Source of the DNA: Candidatus Fervidifonticultor secundus
GTDB lineage: Bacteria > Sysuimicrobiota > Sysuimicrobiia > Sysuimicrobiales > Humicultoraceae
DNA length: 64,000 nucleotides
NCBI GenBank assembly: GCA_031459385.1
Contig: JAVKIP010000002.1
Span: forward strand, 190,091-254,090
Direction of reading: 5' to 3'
Every line of letters starts with the position of its first letter. Position 1 is the first letter of the stretch. This document shows, one piece after another, positions 1 to 8,642 of the stretch. The translations under genes and the position numbers were made by a program. The notes under the pieces are model-generated. The model made no database searches, was not told where the DNA came from, and saw nothing but the letters and a program-made list of their open reading frames with translations.

Positions 1-451
1 CATCGAGGTAGTCGGTCATGGCCCGAATCACCTCGGCGCGCACCCGCTGGATGGCGTGCTGACGGCGGCTGCGCAGCCACAGGTGCCGGTGGTCCATGAG
101 GAACTCGATGCCGTGCTCCTTGGGCGTAATCGGGTACGCCTCGGCCTTGTGGACGACGCGCAAACCGGTGGCAGCCAGCTCGACGCCGCCCGGCGCGCGG
201 CGGTCGGCGCGCACACGACCGACGAGGATTAGGCTGCTCTCCAGCGGGAGGCGGTCTGCGGTGGCGAACACCTCGTCCGGGACGTCCTGCTTGCCCATGA
301 CGGCCTGGACCAGGCCCGTGCCGTCACGGATCAGCAAGAAGTGGATCTTGCCGCTGCTGCGGCGGTTCGTCAGCCACCCCCGCACCTCGACCTCCTGGTC
401 GAGGTGCTGCGGCAGGAGGTCCACGGCGACCGCGGGGGGCCTGGTCAACAC
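1..451 (-). CDS. asnS: Asparagine--tRNA ligase, N-terminal part (runs off the window edge)
   Basis: Manual minus-strand translation gives GWLTNRRSSGKIHFLLIRDGTG...YPITPKEHGIEFLMDHRHLWLRSRRQ, the OB-fold and hinge typical of AsnRS. GTG start at about 451. Not in the ORF track because it is truncated. Confidence 0.9.
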   Translation of the reverse strand, partial: MLTRPPAVAVDLLPQHLDQEVEVRGWLTNRRSSGKIHFLLIRDGTGLVQAVMGKQDVPDEVFATADRLPLESSLILVGRVRADRRAPGGVELAATGLRVVHKAEAYPITPKEHGIEFLMDHRHLWLRSRRQHAIQRVRAEVIRAMTDYLD

Positions 452-523
452 GGCCGCGACCTGCCCCCAGGGACCGACGGTTCGTCCGCAGAACTAGCGC
501 CCGGACGGGTGGCCAACGGCGCC

Positions 524-1153
524 GTGATCGTCATCTTCGACCTCGACAACACCCTGGTGGACTCGAGCATCGACTTCGCGGCCCTGCGCAGGGCGCTGCT
601 CGATCTCTGGGAGACGGCCGGGCCGCTGCCGGCGCCGCGGGAGGACTTGGTGCGCCTGGCGATCCCGGAGATCGTCGCGAGGCTGACGGCGGCTGCGCCC
701 GCGCTCGCGCCGGCCGCCTGGGCCCTGGTGGAACGCTTCGAGGTCGAGGGCCTGCGCGATGCCCGTCCGGTCCCCGATGCCGCCCGGGTGCTCGCGACCC
801 TGGCCGCCCGCGGCGTGCGCATCGCCGTGCTCACCAACAACAGCCGTGCCGCGGCCCGCGCCGCCCTGGACGCCGGAGGCCTGGCACCGTACGTGACAGT
901 GCTGGTCGGCCGTGAGGATGTGCCTGCGCTGAAACCGGACCCCGCCGGTGTACGCCAGATCGTGGCGCGACTGGGCCCGGGGACCCCGTACGTGGTAGGC
1001 GACTCCTGGATCGACGCTGCCGCCGCCGCGGCGGCCGGGGTCCGATTCGTGGGCGTCGGGCGGCGCCGGGCAGACGTCGAAGCCCGAGGCATCCGCCCGT
1101 GGGCATGGATCTCCCGTCTGGAGGACCTGCTCACCGTCGATCTGCGGGCCTGA
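524..1153 (+). CDS. HAD-family hydrolase (phosphoglycolate phosphatase-like)
   Basis: Motifs IFDLDNTLVDS, LTNN, KPDP and VGDSWID. Start moved to GTG at 524. Confidence 0.85.
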   Translation: MIVIFDLDNTLVDSSIDFAALRRALLDLWETAGPLPAPREDLVRLAIPEIVARLTAAAPALAPAAWALVERFEVEGLRDARPVPDAARVLATLAARGVRIAVLTNNSRAAARAALDAGGLAPYVTVLVGREDVPALKPDPAGVRQIVARLGPGTPYVVGDSWIDAAAAAAAGVRFVGVGRRRADVEARGIRPWAWISRLEDLLTVDLRA

Positions 1154-1202
1154 CCGCGACGGCTCACCGGCCCGGGCACCCCGTGCCTCCTCGTTGCCCG
1201 CG

Positions 1203-1646
1203 CTACCAGAGGTGCGAGAACTTCCGCGCGAAGCGCTGCTCCAGTTCGTCGCGGTTCAGGTGGTACACCGGGCACTCTCGGAGCATGCACACGTGCAGCG
1301 CCGTGTTGCAGTAGGCCTCGGGGACCTCCCAGCACCGCCGGTTCACGTAGTAGGCGGCGCACACCCCCCGGCGGGTCGCCGGGAGTTCCGCTCCCGGCCC
1401 GGGGCCCGGGACAACTGGCGCGCCCGGTGTGGCCCCCGCCGACTCCGGATCCCGCACCAGGCGCAGAATCGGCCGCGCGTCCCGGGCGGGCGCCTCAGCG
1501 CCCCCGCCGCGGGAGGCGACGGCCGGGACCACCGGCTGTTCCAGTACCGGCGGGGATGGCGGCGCGGCCAGCGCCTCCAGTTCCCGAGAGGCCGTTTCGA
1601 TGAGGTTCCTAACGCCGCGCCGGAGCTCCTCGCGCCCGCTGGGCAT
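1203..1646 (-). CDS. Hypothetical ParA-partner protein: ParB-like N-terminal peptide, Pro/Ala/Gly linker and Cys-rich (CW-type) C-terminal domain
   Basis: Overlaps the 3' end of parA and has GAGGTG just upstream. N-terminus ELRRGVRNLIE; C-terminus CAAY..RCWEVPEAYC..C..ECPVY. Confidence 0.75.
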   Translation of the reverse strand: MPSGREELRRGVRNLIETASRELEALAAPPSPPVLEQPVVPAVASRGGGAEAPARDARPILRLVRDPESAGATPGAPVVPGPGPGAELPATRRGVCAAYYVNRRCWEVPEAYCNTALHVCMLRECPVYHLNRDELEQRFARKFSHLW

Positions 1647-2424
1647 GAGCGATCACCTCGTGAGCCAGGCTCATGTATTCTTTGGCGCCCCGCGACTCAG
1701 GATTCGTGAGAAACAGCGGCACGCCGCTCATCGACGACTCGACCAGCTTGATGTTGAAGTGAATCGTCGTGTGAAAGACCTGATTGGGGAAGTACTCGTG
1801 GATGCCCTGGAGGATCTCTTTGCTGATCGTCGTCCGGGAGTCGTACATCGTGGGGAGCACGCCGACGATCTCCACCTGGTGGCCGAGTTCGTCGCGTACC
1901 ATCTTCAGCGTCCGCAGCAGCTGACGCATCCCCAGCAGCGCATAGTAGTGGGTCTGGATCGGCACGATGATGCCGTCGCACGCCACCAGGGCGTTGAGCG
2001 TCAACAGCCCCAGCGAGGGCGGCGTGTCGATGATGATGAACGCGTAGCGCTCCCGCAGGGGCTGGAGCCGGCGCCGCAGTGCCTGCTCGCGCCCGATGCG
2101 GGAGACGAGTTCCATCTCGGCGGCCGCCAGGTCGATGGAGGACGGGGCGACCTCCAGCCCCGCCACCGGGGTGGGACGGACGATCGTGGCCAGGGGCAGG
2201 CCCTCGTCCGTACTGCTGTCGACGATGACATGGTAGACAGTGCGGTCCAGCGTGGCCGGGTCCACCCCCAGGCTGACCGTCGCATTGGCCTGGGGATCCA
2301 GGTCGACCAGAAGCGTCCGGTGCCCAGCTGCCGCCAGCGAGGCGCTGAGGTTGACAGCAGTCGTGGTCTTGCCGCATCCGCCTTTTTGGTTGACCAAACC
2401 GATGACCTGCGCCTCGGCGCTCAC
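1609..2424 (-). CDS. parA: ParA/Soj-family ATPase (orphan, no parB adjacent)
   Basis: Deviant Walker A NQKGGCGKTTT, plus DLDPQANAT, IDTPPSLG and YDSRT. Confidence 0.93.
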   Translation of the reverse strand: MSAEAQVIGLVNQKGGCGKTTTAVNLSASLAAAGHRTLLVDLDPQANATVSLGVDPATLDRTVYHVIVDSSTDEGLPLATIVRPTPVAGLEVAPSSIDLAAAEMELVSRIGREQALRRRLQPLRERYAFIIIDTPPSLGLLTLNALVACDGIIVPIQTHYYALLGMRQLLRTLKMVRDELGHQVEIVGVLPTMYDSRTTISKEILQGIHEYFPNQVFHTTIHFNIKLVESSMSGVPLFLTNPESRGAKEYMSLAHEVIAHAQRARGAPARR

Positions 2425-2473
2425 CCGGGTCGCTCCCCGGACGCCCGCATCGCGGCGTCACATTTGCCTCGCT

Positions 2474-2499
2474 GTTCGACCTGCCGCGAACGTTCTCCT
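2474..2499 (-). promoter_or_regulatory. Sigma-H-like promoter upstream of parA
   Basis: Minus strand reads AGGA-N18-GAAC, about 50 bp upstream of the start codon. Confidence 0.4.
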
Positions 2500-2589
2500 C
2501 CGTTGGGGCCCGGCCTGGCGCGGCAGGACTGCCCGGGGGCCGGGGAAAAGTAAGCGGTGAGCGCGTGAGTGCGGCAGGGGGTGGAGAGG

Positions 2590-3747
2590 ATGCGAATCAC
2601 GGTGAGCGTCATCAAGGCGGACGTGGGGGCCGTCGGCGGCCACACGATCCCCAGCGCGGAACTGCTCGCCATTGCACGCGCCGGCGTGGACCGGGCCAGG
2701 GGGACGCTGCTCGTCGACGGGTACGTCTGCCACTGCGGCGATGACCTGGGCCTCATCATGACGCACACCCATGGCCCGGACAGCCCCGAGATCCACCAAC
2801 TGGCCTGGGACATCTTCATGGAGGCCACGGAGAAGGCCAAGACGCAGGGTCTCTACGGCGCCGGGCAGGACATGCTCAAGGACGCGTTCTCGGGCAACGT
2901 GCGCGGGCTCGGTCCCGGCAGCGCGGAGATCGAATTCGAGGAGCGTCCCAACGAGGCCCTGATGGTCCTGCTGGCTGACAAGTGCGGGCCGGGCGCCTTC
3001 AACCTGCCGCTCTACCTGGCCTTCGCCGACCCCATGTACTCACCCGGGCTGCTGCTCTCCGAAGGCCTGCACGACGGGTTCACTTTCCACATCATGGACA
3101 TGGACCACACCGAGGGCGACCGCGTCATCGTGCTGGAGGCGCCGGAGCGGCTGTACGACATCGCCACCCTGCTGCGCGACACGAACCGGTATGCGATCGA
3201 GTCGATCTGGTCCCGGAAGTACCCCACCGAGCAGGGCGCGGCGGTTGGCACGACCCGGCTGCGCAACATCGCGGGACGGTACGTGGGGAAAGACGATCCG
3301 CCGGCGGTCGTGCGGGTCCAGAAGATCTTTCCCGCCACCGAGGAGTTCGGTCCACCGTTTGCGGTGGGAGCGTTCGTGGGTGGCGACACCCGGGGCAGCC
3401 ACAACCTGCCGCTGATGCCCGTGCCCATGAACACCCCGGCCTCGACGTTCTTCTGTGTGCCGATGGTGTGCGCCTTGGGCTTCTCGGTGCACGACGGCCG
3501 CCTGACAGGGCCTGCCGATCTGTTCGCCGACCCGTTCTGGGACCGCGTGCGTCACCAGATCGCGGCCAAGGCCATGGAGATGCGCCGGCAGGGATTCTTC
3601 GAGCCCGCCACCCTGCCCTTCTCGGAACTGGAGTACGGGGGGATCGTGGCCCGGCTGGCGCGCCTCGACCGAGAGTTCCGGATCCGGGACGGCCGACAGC
3701 CCGCGGCGCCCGCGGGTGTGCGCGCCGACGCCGGCGACCCCGACTGA
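2590..3747 (+). CDS. fbp: Bifunctional fructose-1,6-bisphosphate aldolase/phosphatase (class V FBPase)
   Basis: SVIKADVG..GGH, GDD, LYGAGQDMLKDAFSGNVRG, ADK..PGAFN and YVGKDDP (Schiff-base Lys). RBS GGAGAGG before ATG 2590. Confidence 0.95.
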   Translation: MRITVSVIKADVGAVGGHTIPSAELLAIARAGVDRARGTLLVDGYVCHCGDDLGLIMTHTHGPDSPEIHQLAWDIFMEATEKAKTQGLYGAGQDMLKDAFSGNVRGLGPGSAEIEFEERPNEALMVLLADKCGPGAFNLPLYLAFADPMYSPGLLLSEGLHDGFTFHIMDMDHTEGDRVIVLEAPERLYDIATLLRDTNRYAIESIWSRKYPTEQGAAVGTTRLRNIAGRYVGKDDPPAVVRVQKIFPATEEFGPPFAVGAFVGGDTRGSHNLPLMPVPMNTPASTFFCVPMVCALGFSVHDGRLTGPADLFADPFWDRVRHQIAAKAMEMRRQGFFEPATLPFSELEYGGIVARLARLDREFRIRDGRQPAAPAGVRADAGDPD

Positions 3748-3774
3748 CCCTGACCGCTGCAGCGCACAGGAGGC

Positions 3775-3806
3775 ACGGCGAGGGGGCGAGTTTGCCCCCT
3801 CGCCGT
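3775..3806. terminator. 13-bp hairpin between convergent genes (probable bidirectional terminator)
   Basis: acggcgagggggc-gagttt-gccccctcgccgt is a perfect inverted repeat, but has no clear U tract. Confidence 0.55.
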
Positions 3807-3819
3807 ACGCCGCACCCGA

Positions 3820-3972
3820 TCAGTAGTGGGCGTCGGGCTCCCTGGCCTGCCGGGCCGTGGCGCGGTCCACCCAGCGGATCAGCCCGGGCCAGACCGCCGG
3901 GAGCATGCCACCCACTGCGATCATGAACGCCAGGAACCAGAGGGTGAACCCGACGTAGTCACGTTCCGTCAT
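3820..3972 (-). CDS. Small 50-aa predicted single-pass membrane protein
   Basis: MTERDYVGFTLWFLAFMIAVGGMLPAVWPGLIRWVDRATARQAREPDAHY. GGAGG lies 5 nt before the ATG and the start overlaps the end of cca. Below the ORF-track size cutoff. Confidence 0.65.
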   Translation of the reverse strand: MTERDYVGFTLWFLAFMIAVGGMLPAVWPGLIRWVDRATARQAREPDAHY

Positions 3973-5461
3973 CCTGGCCTCCCGGTCGCCCCCGTCTGGT
4001 CGTCGACCCGCCGGGTTCGGCGCCGCCGTCCGTCGCTCCTGCCGGGAAGCGCGCCCGCACCATGGCGCGCGCCTCCTCCGGGGTCGACACCAGACCCTCG
4101 GCCCGCGCGTCCTCCACCGCGTCCAGGATCGTCGCGAACTGCGGTCCGGGCCGGTAGCCCATGGCGATCAGATCGTGCCCGGTGAGCAGCCGCGGGCGCG
4201 CCGCCTCTGCCTGTACTGCCGCCAGCAGCGCGACTACGCGCTCGTAGACTGTCAGGTCGCCGTGACTCGCCAGGCAGTCGGCCCGGTAGAGTTCGAGGAG
4301 ATCGTGGATGTCGTCGCGGCGCAGGAACTGGCGCGCGCGCCCCGGGCGCATCTTCGGGACGTCCCCGACACGCTGGTGGTCGCGGACGAGGGCTACGACC
4401 GCGCGGCGCTGTGCGGCGGGCAGCCGGAGGCGCCGGCAGATCCGTTCGGCCAGGCCGGCACCCGCTTCCGCATGCCCGTGGAAGCGGATGCGGTCGCTGA
4501 CGGTCATGGTGAGCGGCTTGCCCACATCGTGCAGCAGCGTCGCCAGCGCCAGGGTGGGCGTTGGCTCCCGCAGGAACTCCAGCGCCAGGCAGGTGTGCGT
4601 GAACACGTCCCCTTCCGGGTGGAACGCGGGCGGCTGCGAGACACCCGCCATGGCGTCGACCTCAGGAAGCAGCGCCGCCAGCAGGCCGGTGGCGCGCAAG
4701 AGGCGCAGCCCCGATGCCCGTCCGGGCGCGGTCAGCAGACGCTGCAGCTCGTCGCGGATGCGCTCACCGCTGACCGTCGCGACGGTAGGCGCGAGGCGGC
4801 AGATCGCCTCCAGCGTGCCCGGTTCCACGGTAAACTCGAGCTGCGCGGCCAGGCGGACGGCGCGCAGCAACCGCAGGCGGTCTTCCGCGAAGCGCACTGC
4901 GGGATCGCCCACAGTGCGCACCAGGCGCGCCGCCAGGTCCGCGCGGCCGCCCACGAAGTCCAGCACGGTCCCCGTGCGGGGATCGTAGAGCAGGGCGTTG
5001 ACCGTGAAGTCGCGCCGCTCCACGTCCTCGCGGACGCCGGCGAACTCCACGGCCGAGGGCCGCCGCCCGTCGTGGTAGGGTCCCTCGCGGCGGAACGTGG
5101 CGACCTGAAACGTCCGATCGCCGATGACGACCCCGACGACGCCGAACGCCGCCCCGAGCGACACCGTCCGGGGAAACAGCCGGAGCACTTCGTCGGGAGG
5201 CGCCGCGGTAACGATGTCGAGATCGTGGGGCGTCCGGCCCAGGAGCACGTCGCGCACCACGCCGCCGACGAGATATGTCTCCCACCCGGCCTCGAGCAGG
5301 CGGCAAGCGACCTCGAAGCCGGCACGCAGGGACGGAGGCAGTCGCGCCAGCAGCGCCGCCGGCGCGATCGCCTCGGGCAGTGCGTCTCGCGGGCTCAGGC
5401 GGCCGGCGTCATCCGTCGGGCTGCTCCTCGGCCCGCACGCCCGCGCTGCGCGTGCGCTCAT
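3959..5461 (-). CDS. cca: CCA tRNA nucleotidyltransferase with HD domain (true start probably somewhat downstream of 5461)
   Basis: LVGGVVRD..DLDIVT, RRDFTVNAL, EDRLRLLRA, FHPEGDVFTHT and LLHDVGK. Confidence 0.92.
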   Translation of the reverse strand: MSARAARACGPRSSPTDDAGRLSPRDALPEAIAPAALLARLPPSLRAGFEVACRLLEAGWETYLVGGVVRDVLLGRTPHDLDIVTAAPPDEVLRLFPRTVSLGAAFGVVGVVIGDRTFQVATFRREGPYHDGRRPSAVEFAGVREDVERRDFTVNALLYDPRTGTVLDFVGGRADLAARLVRTVGDPAVRFAEDRLRLLRAVRLAAQLEFTVEPGTLEAICRLAPTVATVSGERIRDELQRLLTAPGRASGLRLLRATGLLAALLPEVDAMAGVSQPPAFHPEGDVFTHTCLALEFLREPTPTLALATLLHDVGKPLTMTVSDRIRFHGHAEAGAGLAERICRRLRLPAAQRRAVVALVRDHQRVGDVPKMRPGRARQFLRRDDIHDLLELYRADCLASHGDLTVYERVVALLAAVQAEAARPRLLTGHDLIAMGYRPGPQFATILDAVEDARAEGLVSTPEEARAMVRARFPAGATDGGAEPGGSTTRRGRPGGQDDGT

Positions 5462-5738
5462 CGAGCAGCTCGCGGCCCCGCTCCAGCGCTTCCCGCAGGC
5501 GCGCGGTCCCTTCCTCGACCTTCGCCCGGCCGCGCTGCGTGAGCTCGTCGGCCCTGCTCTTCACGCGCCGCGCCACGTCATCCGCGCGGTCCCAGGCCCG
5601 GTCCCGGAACTCCTCGGCCGACTCCAGCAACCGGCCCCGCGTCTCGGCGCCCGATCGTGGCGCCAGCAAAAGAGCACACGCGGCCCCCACCAGCCCGCCC
5701 AGGATGAATCCTGCAACGAAGTCAGTGCGGGTGCTCAT
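5409..5738 (-). CDS. YtxH domain-containing protein
   Basis: FVAGFILGGLVGAACALLLAPRSGAETR signature followed by a helical tail; strong RBS. Confidence 0.88.
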   Translation of the reverse strand: MSTRTDFVAGFILGGLVGAACALLLAPRSGAETRGRLLESAEEFRDRAWDRADDVARRVKSRADELTQRGRAKVEEGTARLREALERGRELLDERTRSAGVRAEEQPDG

Positions 5739-6834
5739 GGCCCGTCTCCTCCTCGTCCTGGAGCTCCCTTTCTATAATACCCCCACCCAGCACCCGGATC
5801 CCCTCGTAGAACGCCACCGCTTGGCCCGGGGCGGCTGCCCGCTGTGGCGTCGTGAACCACACGTCCACGGTCCCGTCGCTTTGCACCGCCAGCGTCACCG
5901 GCACGTCCGCCGCCGCATGCCTGAGGCGGGCGGTGACAGCCGAAGGTAGTGGCGGCGGAACGATCCAGTTGACCCGACCGACGCGGACCCCGCGCCAGGC
6001 CAGCGCGCCTGCCGGCCCCACGACGAGCCGATTGCCAGGCGCGTCTACCGCCAGCACGTACACGGGCGCGCCGGTGGCCACGCCCAGCCCGCGCCGCTGG
6101 CCCACGGTGTACCTGGCGATCCCACGGTGCGTGCCGACCGTGCGGCCGGCCAGGTCCACGATGGGACCCGGCCGCACCGCGTCGGGCCGGCGGGCGGCCA
6201 CGAGATCGCCGTAGTGTCCGGCGGGAATGAAGCAGATCTCCTGACTGTCGGGCTTGTCGGCCACTGGCAGCCCGGCCTCCCGCGCGAGCGCGCGGATCGC
6301 GGGCTTGGTGTAGTCGCCCACCGGAAACCGCACGCGGGCGAGCTGGTCCTGCGTGAGGCCGTACAGCACGTAGGACTGGTCCTTGGCCGGGTCTGCGGCC
6401 CGCAGCAGCACGTAGCGCCCGCTGGCTGGGTCCCTGGCGACCCGCGCATAGTGGCCGGTAGCCAGGGCCGCACACCCGAGGCCGTCCACCGTCTCGAGCA
6501 GCACGCGAAACTTGATCTCCTGGTTGCAGGCGACGCAGGGATTCGGCGTGCGGCCGCGCGCGTACTCGTCGCAGAAGTAGTCGATCACCGCGCGCTCGAA
6601 CGCCTCGCGCAGGTTGAGCACGTAATGGCGGATCCCGAGCGCCCGGGCCGCTGCGCGCGCGTCCTCCACCGCTGTAACCCCGCAGCAGGTCCGGTGGCCC
6701 GCGTCGGGCTCGCTGAGCCAGGTGGGCCAGAGGTTCATAGTCAGGCCAATGACCTCGTGCCCCTCGCGGACGAGGAGCGCGGCGGCCACGGCGCTGTCCA
6801 CGCCTCCGCTCATTGCCACGGCGATACGTGCCAC
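5722..6834 (-). CDS. mnmA: tRNA 2-thiouridine(34) synthase MnmA
   Basis: AMSGGVDS, TPNPCVACN, ATGHYA, KDQSY, DSQEICF, YTVGQRRG and PGQ. GTG at 6834 with RBS GAGGGGAG. Confidence 0.96.
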   Translation of the reverse strand: MARIAVAMSGGVDSAVAAALLVREGHEVIGLTMNLWPTWLSEPDAGHRTCCGVTAVEDARAAARALGIRHYVLNLREAFERAVIDYFCDEYARGRTPNPCVACNQEIKFRVLLETVDGLGCAALATGHYARVARDPASGRYVLLRAADPAKDQSYVLYGLTQDQLARVRFPVGDYTKPAIRALAREAGLPVADKPDSQEICFIPAGHYGDLVAARRPDAVRPGPIVDLAGRTVGTHRGIARYTVGQRRGLGVATGAPVYVLAVDAPGNRLVVGPAGALAWRGVRVGRVNWIVPPPLPSAVTARLRHAAADVPVTLAVQSDGTVDVWFTTPQRAAAPGQAVAFYEGIRVLGGGIIERELQDEEETGHEHPH

Positions 6835-6864
6835 AGGACTCCCCTCGTGCGGCGACGCGCCCCG

Positions 6865-6894
6865 ATGGTAGCAGGCCACCCGACGGGGTGTCAA
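6865..6894 (-). promoter_or_regulatory. Sigma70/SigA promoter for mnmA
   Basis: TTGACA-N18-TACCAT with an extended TG. Confidence 0.7.
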
Positions 6895-8243
6895 AGACCG
6901 TGATCCGGCTCGCCGGAGGTTCCCGTGCCGCCGTCGTCGCCCCACCATTGGGCCAGGCGCCGCCGGATCTCGGCTTCGAACCCGTGGGCGGTGGGGTGAT
7001 AGTAATGGCGGCCCTGCACCCCGGCGGGGCGATAGGCCTGGCGCACGAAGCTGCCCGGATAATCGTGCGGATAGCGGTAGTCGCGGCCGTACCCGAGGCG
7101 CGTTGTCACCTGGGGATGGCTCGTATCCCGCAGGTGCACCGGGACCGGTTCGGCGCGCCGCCGCTCGACGTCGTCGGCCGCCGCGTCGACCGCCCGGACC
7201 ACGGCGTTGCTCTTGGGCGCCGTGGCGATGTAGAGCGCCGCCTCGGTCATGGGCAGGCGCGCCTCAGGCAGGCCGACGTATTCCAGGGCGTGCGCCGCCG
7301 CCACCGCCACCACCAGCGCCAGCGGGTCGGCCAGGCCGACGTCCTCGGCGGCGTGCACGATCATGCGGCGAGCGATAAAACGCGGGTCCTCGCCGGCGGC
7401 CAGCATGCGCGCCAGCCAGTATACTGCAGCGTCCGGGTCCGACCCTCGCAGGCTCTTGATGAACGCGGAGATCGCATCGTAGTGGGCGTCGCCCTCGCGG
7501 TCGTAGACCAGGACCGGGCGCTGGGTGGCGTCTGTCGCCAGCGCTTCCGTCACGCGGCGGCCGCCGGGGGTGTCGGCGGCCGCCGCCGCGGCCAGCTCCA
7601 GCGCGTTCAGCGCCACCCGGGCGTCGCCGTTGCTCACGCGCACCAGGTGCTCCAGGGCCGCGGGCTCGACCTCGACGCCCAGCGGGCCGAGCCCACGCTC
7701 GTCGGTGAGCGCGCGCGCCAGGATCGTCCGGATCTCGTCGTCCGACAGCGGCTCCAGCCGCGCGACCCTCGACCGCGACACGAGGGTCGCGGTGACGTCG
7801 TAGAACGGGTTCTCAGTCGTGGCCCCGATCAGGATGATGGTCCCGTCCTCGACGTGCGGCAGCAGCACGTCCTGCTGGGCCTTGTTGAACCGATGGATCT
7901 CGTCGATGATCACCAGCGTCCGCTGCCGGTGGAACGCCAGCCGATCGCGGGCCTCGCCGATGATGCGCCGGAGGTCGGCGACGCCGGCGGTGACGGCGTT
8001 CACCTGCTCGACGTGGGCCCTGGAGGCGGCCGCGATGAGCAGGGCCAGGGACGTCTTGCCCACGCCAGGCGGCCCCCAGAGGATCAGGCTACGAACCTCA
8101 TCGGCTTCGATAGCGCGGCGCAGGGCCCGCCCCGGTCCGACCAGGTGCTCCTGACCCACGAACTCGTCTAGCGACCGCGGACGCATACGGGCAGCCAGCG
8201 GCGCGGCCGGGCGGCCTGGGCCCTGGGGATCGAACAGCGCCAT
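6891..8243 (-). CDS. rarA: Replication-associated recombination protein A (RarA/MgsA AAA+ ATPase)
   Basis: PLAARMRP, GPPGVGKT, DEIHRFNKAQQD, GATTENP and SAFIKSLRGSDPDAA. Confidence 0.95.
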   Translation of the reverse strand: MALFDPQGPGRPAAPLAARMRPRSLDEFVGQEHLVGPGRALRRAIEADEVRSLILWGPPGVGKTSLALLIAAASRAHVEQVNAVTAGVADLRRIIGEARDRLAFHRQRTLVIIDEIHRFNKAQQDVLLPHVEDGTIILIGATTENPFYDVTATLVSRSRVARLEPLSDDEIRTILARALTDERGLGPLGVEVEPAALEHLVRVSNGDARVALNALELAAAAAADTPGGRRVTEALATDATQRPVLVYDREGDAHYDAISAFIKSLRGSDPDAAVYWLARMLAAGEDPRFIARRMIVHAAEDVGLADPLALVVAVAAAHALEYVGLPEARLPMTEAALYIATAPKSNAVVRAVDAAADDVERRRAEPVPVHLRDTSHPQVTTRLGYGRDYRYPHDYPGSFVRQAYRPAGVQGRHYYHPTAHGFEAEIRRRLAQWWGDDGGTGTSGEPDHGL

Positions 8244-8290
8244 TCCAACTCCATCGTAGCACGCCGGGTGGGGCACCGAACGCCGCGGCG

Positions 8291-8331
8291 CAGAGACAGA
8301 ACGGGCGGCCGCGCCTCAGCGGCCGCCCGCC
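8291..8331 (-). terminator. Intrinsic terminator downstream of 6S RNA
   Basis: Hairpin gggcggccgc-tgaggc-gcggccgccc followed by a U-rich GTTCTGTCTCT on the minus strand. Confidence 0.65.
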
Positions 8332-8337
8332 GTCACC

Positions 8338-8526
8338 GTTCTCCGCCATGCCGTACGGGACGAAGCTCCCGAACCCCGCTCTCGCAGGTGGGCGCCTCCC
8401 GACCGCCCCGGGCCACAACCAGCACCAGCCTATGCCGCAGGTGCCCTTGGACGGCCGGAGTCCGGCTCCCCAACGTTCGCTGTTGGATCGGAGCTTATCC
8501 GACCCGCCTCGCACACGGCAGAGAAC
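8338..8526 (-). ncRNA. ssrS: 6S RNA
   Basis: About 189 nt. The 5' GUUCUCUGCCGUGU pairs with the 3' GCAUGGCGGAGAAC segment as a closing stem, and it contains GCCCACCUGCGAGAGCGGGGUUC. The aspS-rarA position is typical of Firmicutes ssrS. Extended -10 TGcTATGCT at about 8539-8547. Confidence 0.85.
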
Positions 8527-8642
8527 CCTGCCAAGAGCAGCATAGCACGTCACGCCACAGGCCGCAACGACGCCTGACCCGGAGCCGCCCGCTGCGGGCC
8601 CGTCTGCCGGCGCGCGCTGTGCCTGGGCGGCCCGCGGCGCCG

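Noticed and set aside
2525..2548. AGGA-16-GAAA upstream of fbp as another sigma-H-like promoter
   Set aside because: Both the spacing and the -10 box deviate from the other copies, so it is too weak to count.
8098..8553. Short ORFs over the aspS-rarA spacer (8098-8553 minus, 8348-8545 plus)
   Set aside because: Better explained by 6S RNA with its promoter and terminator.
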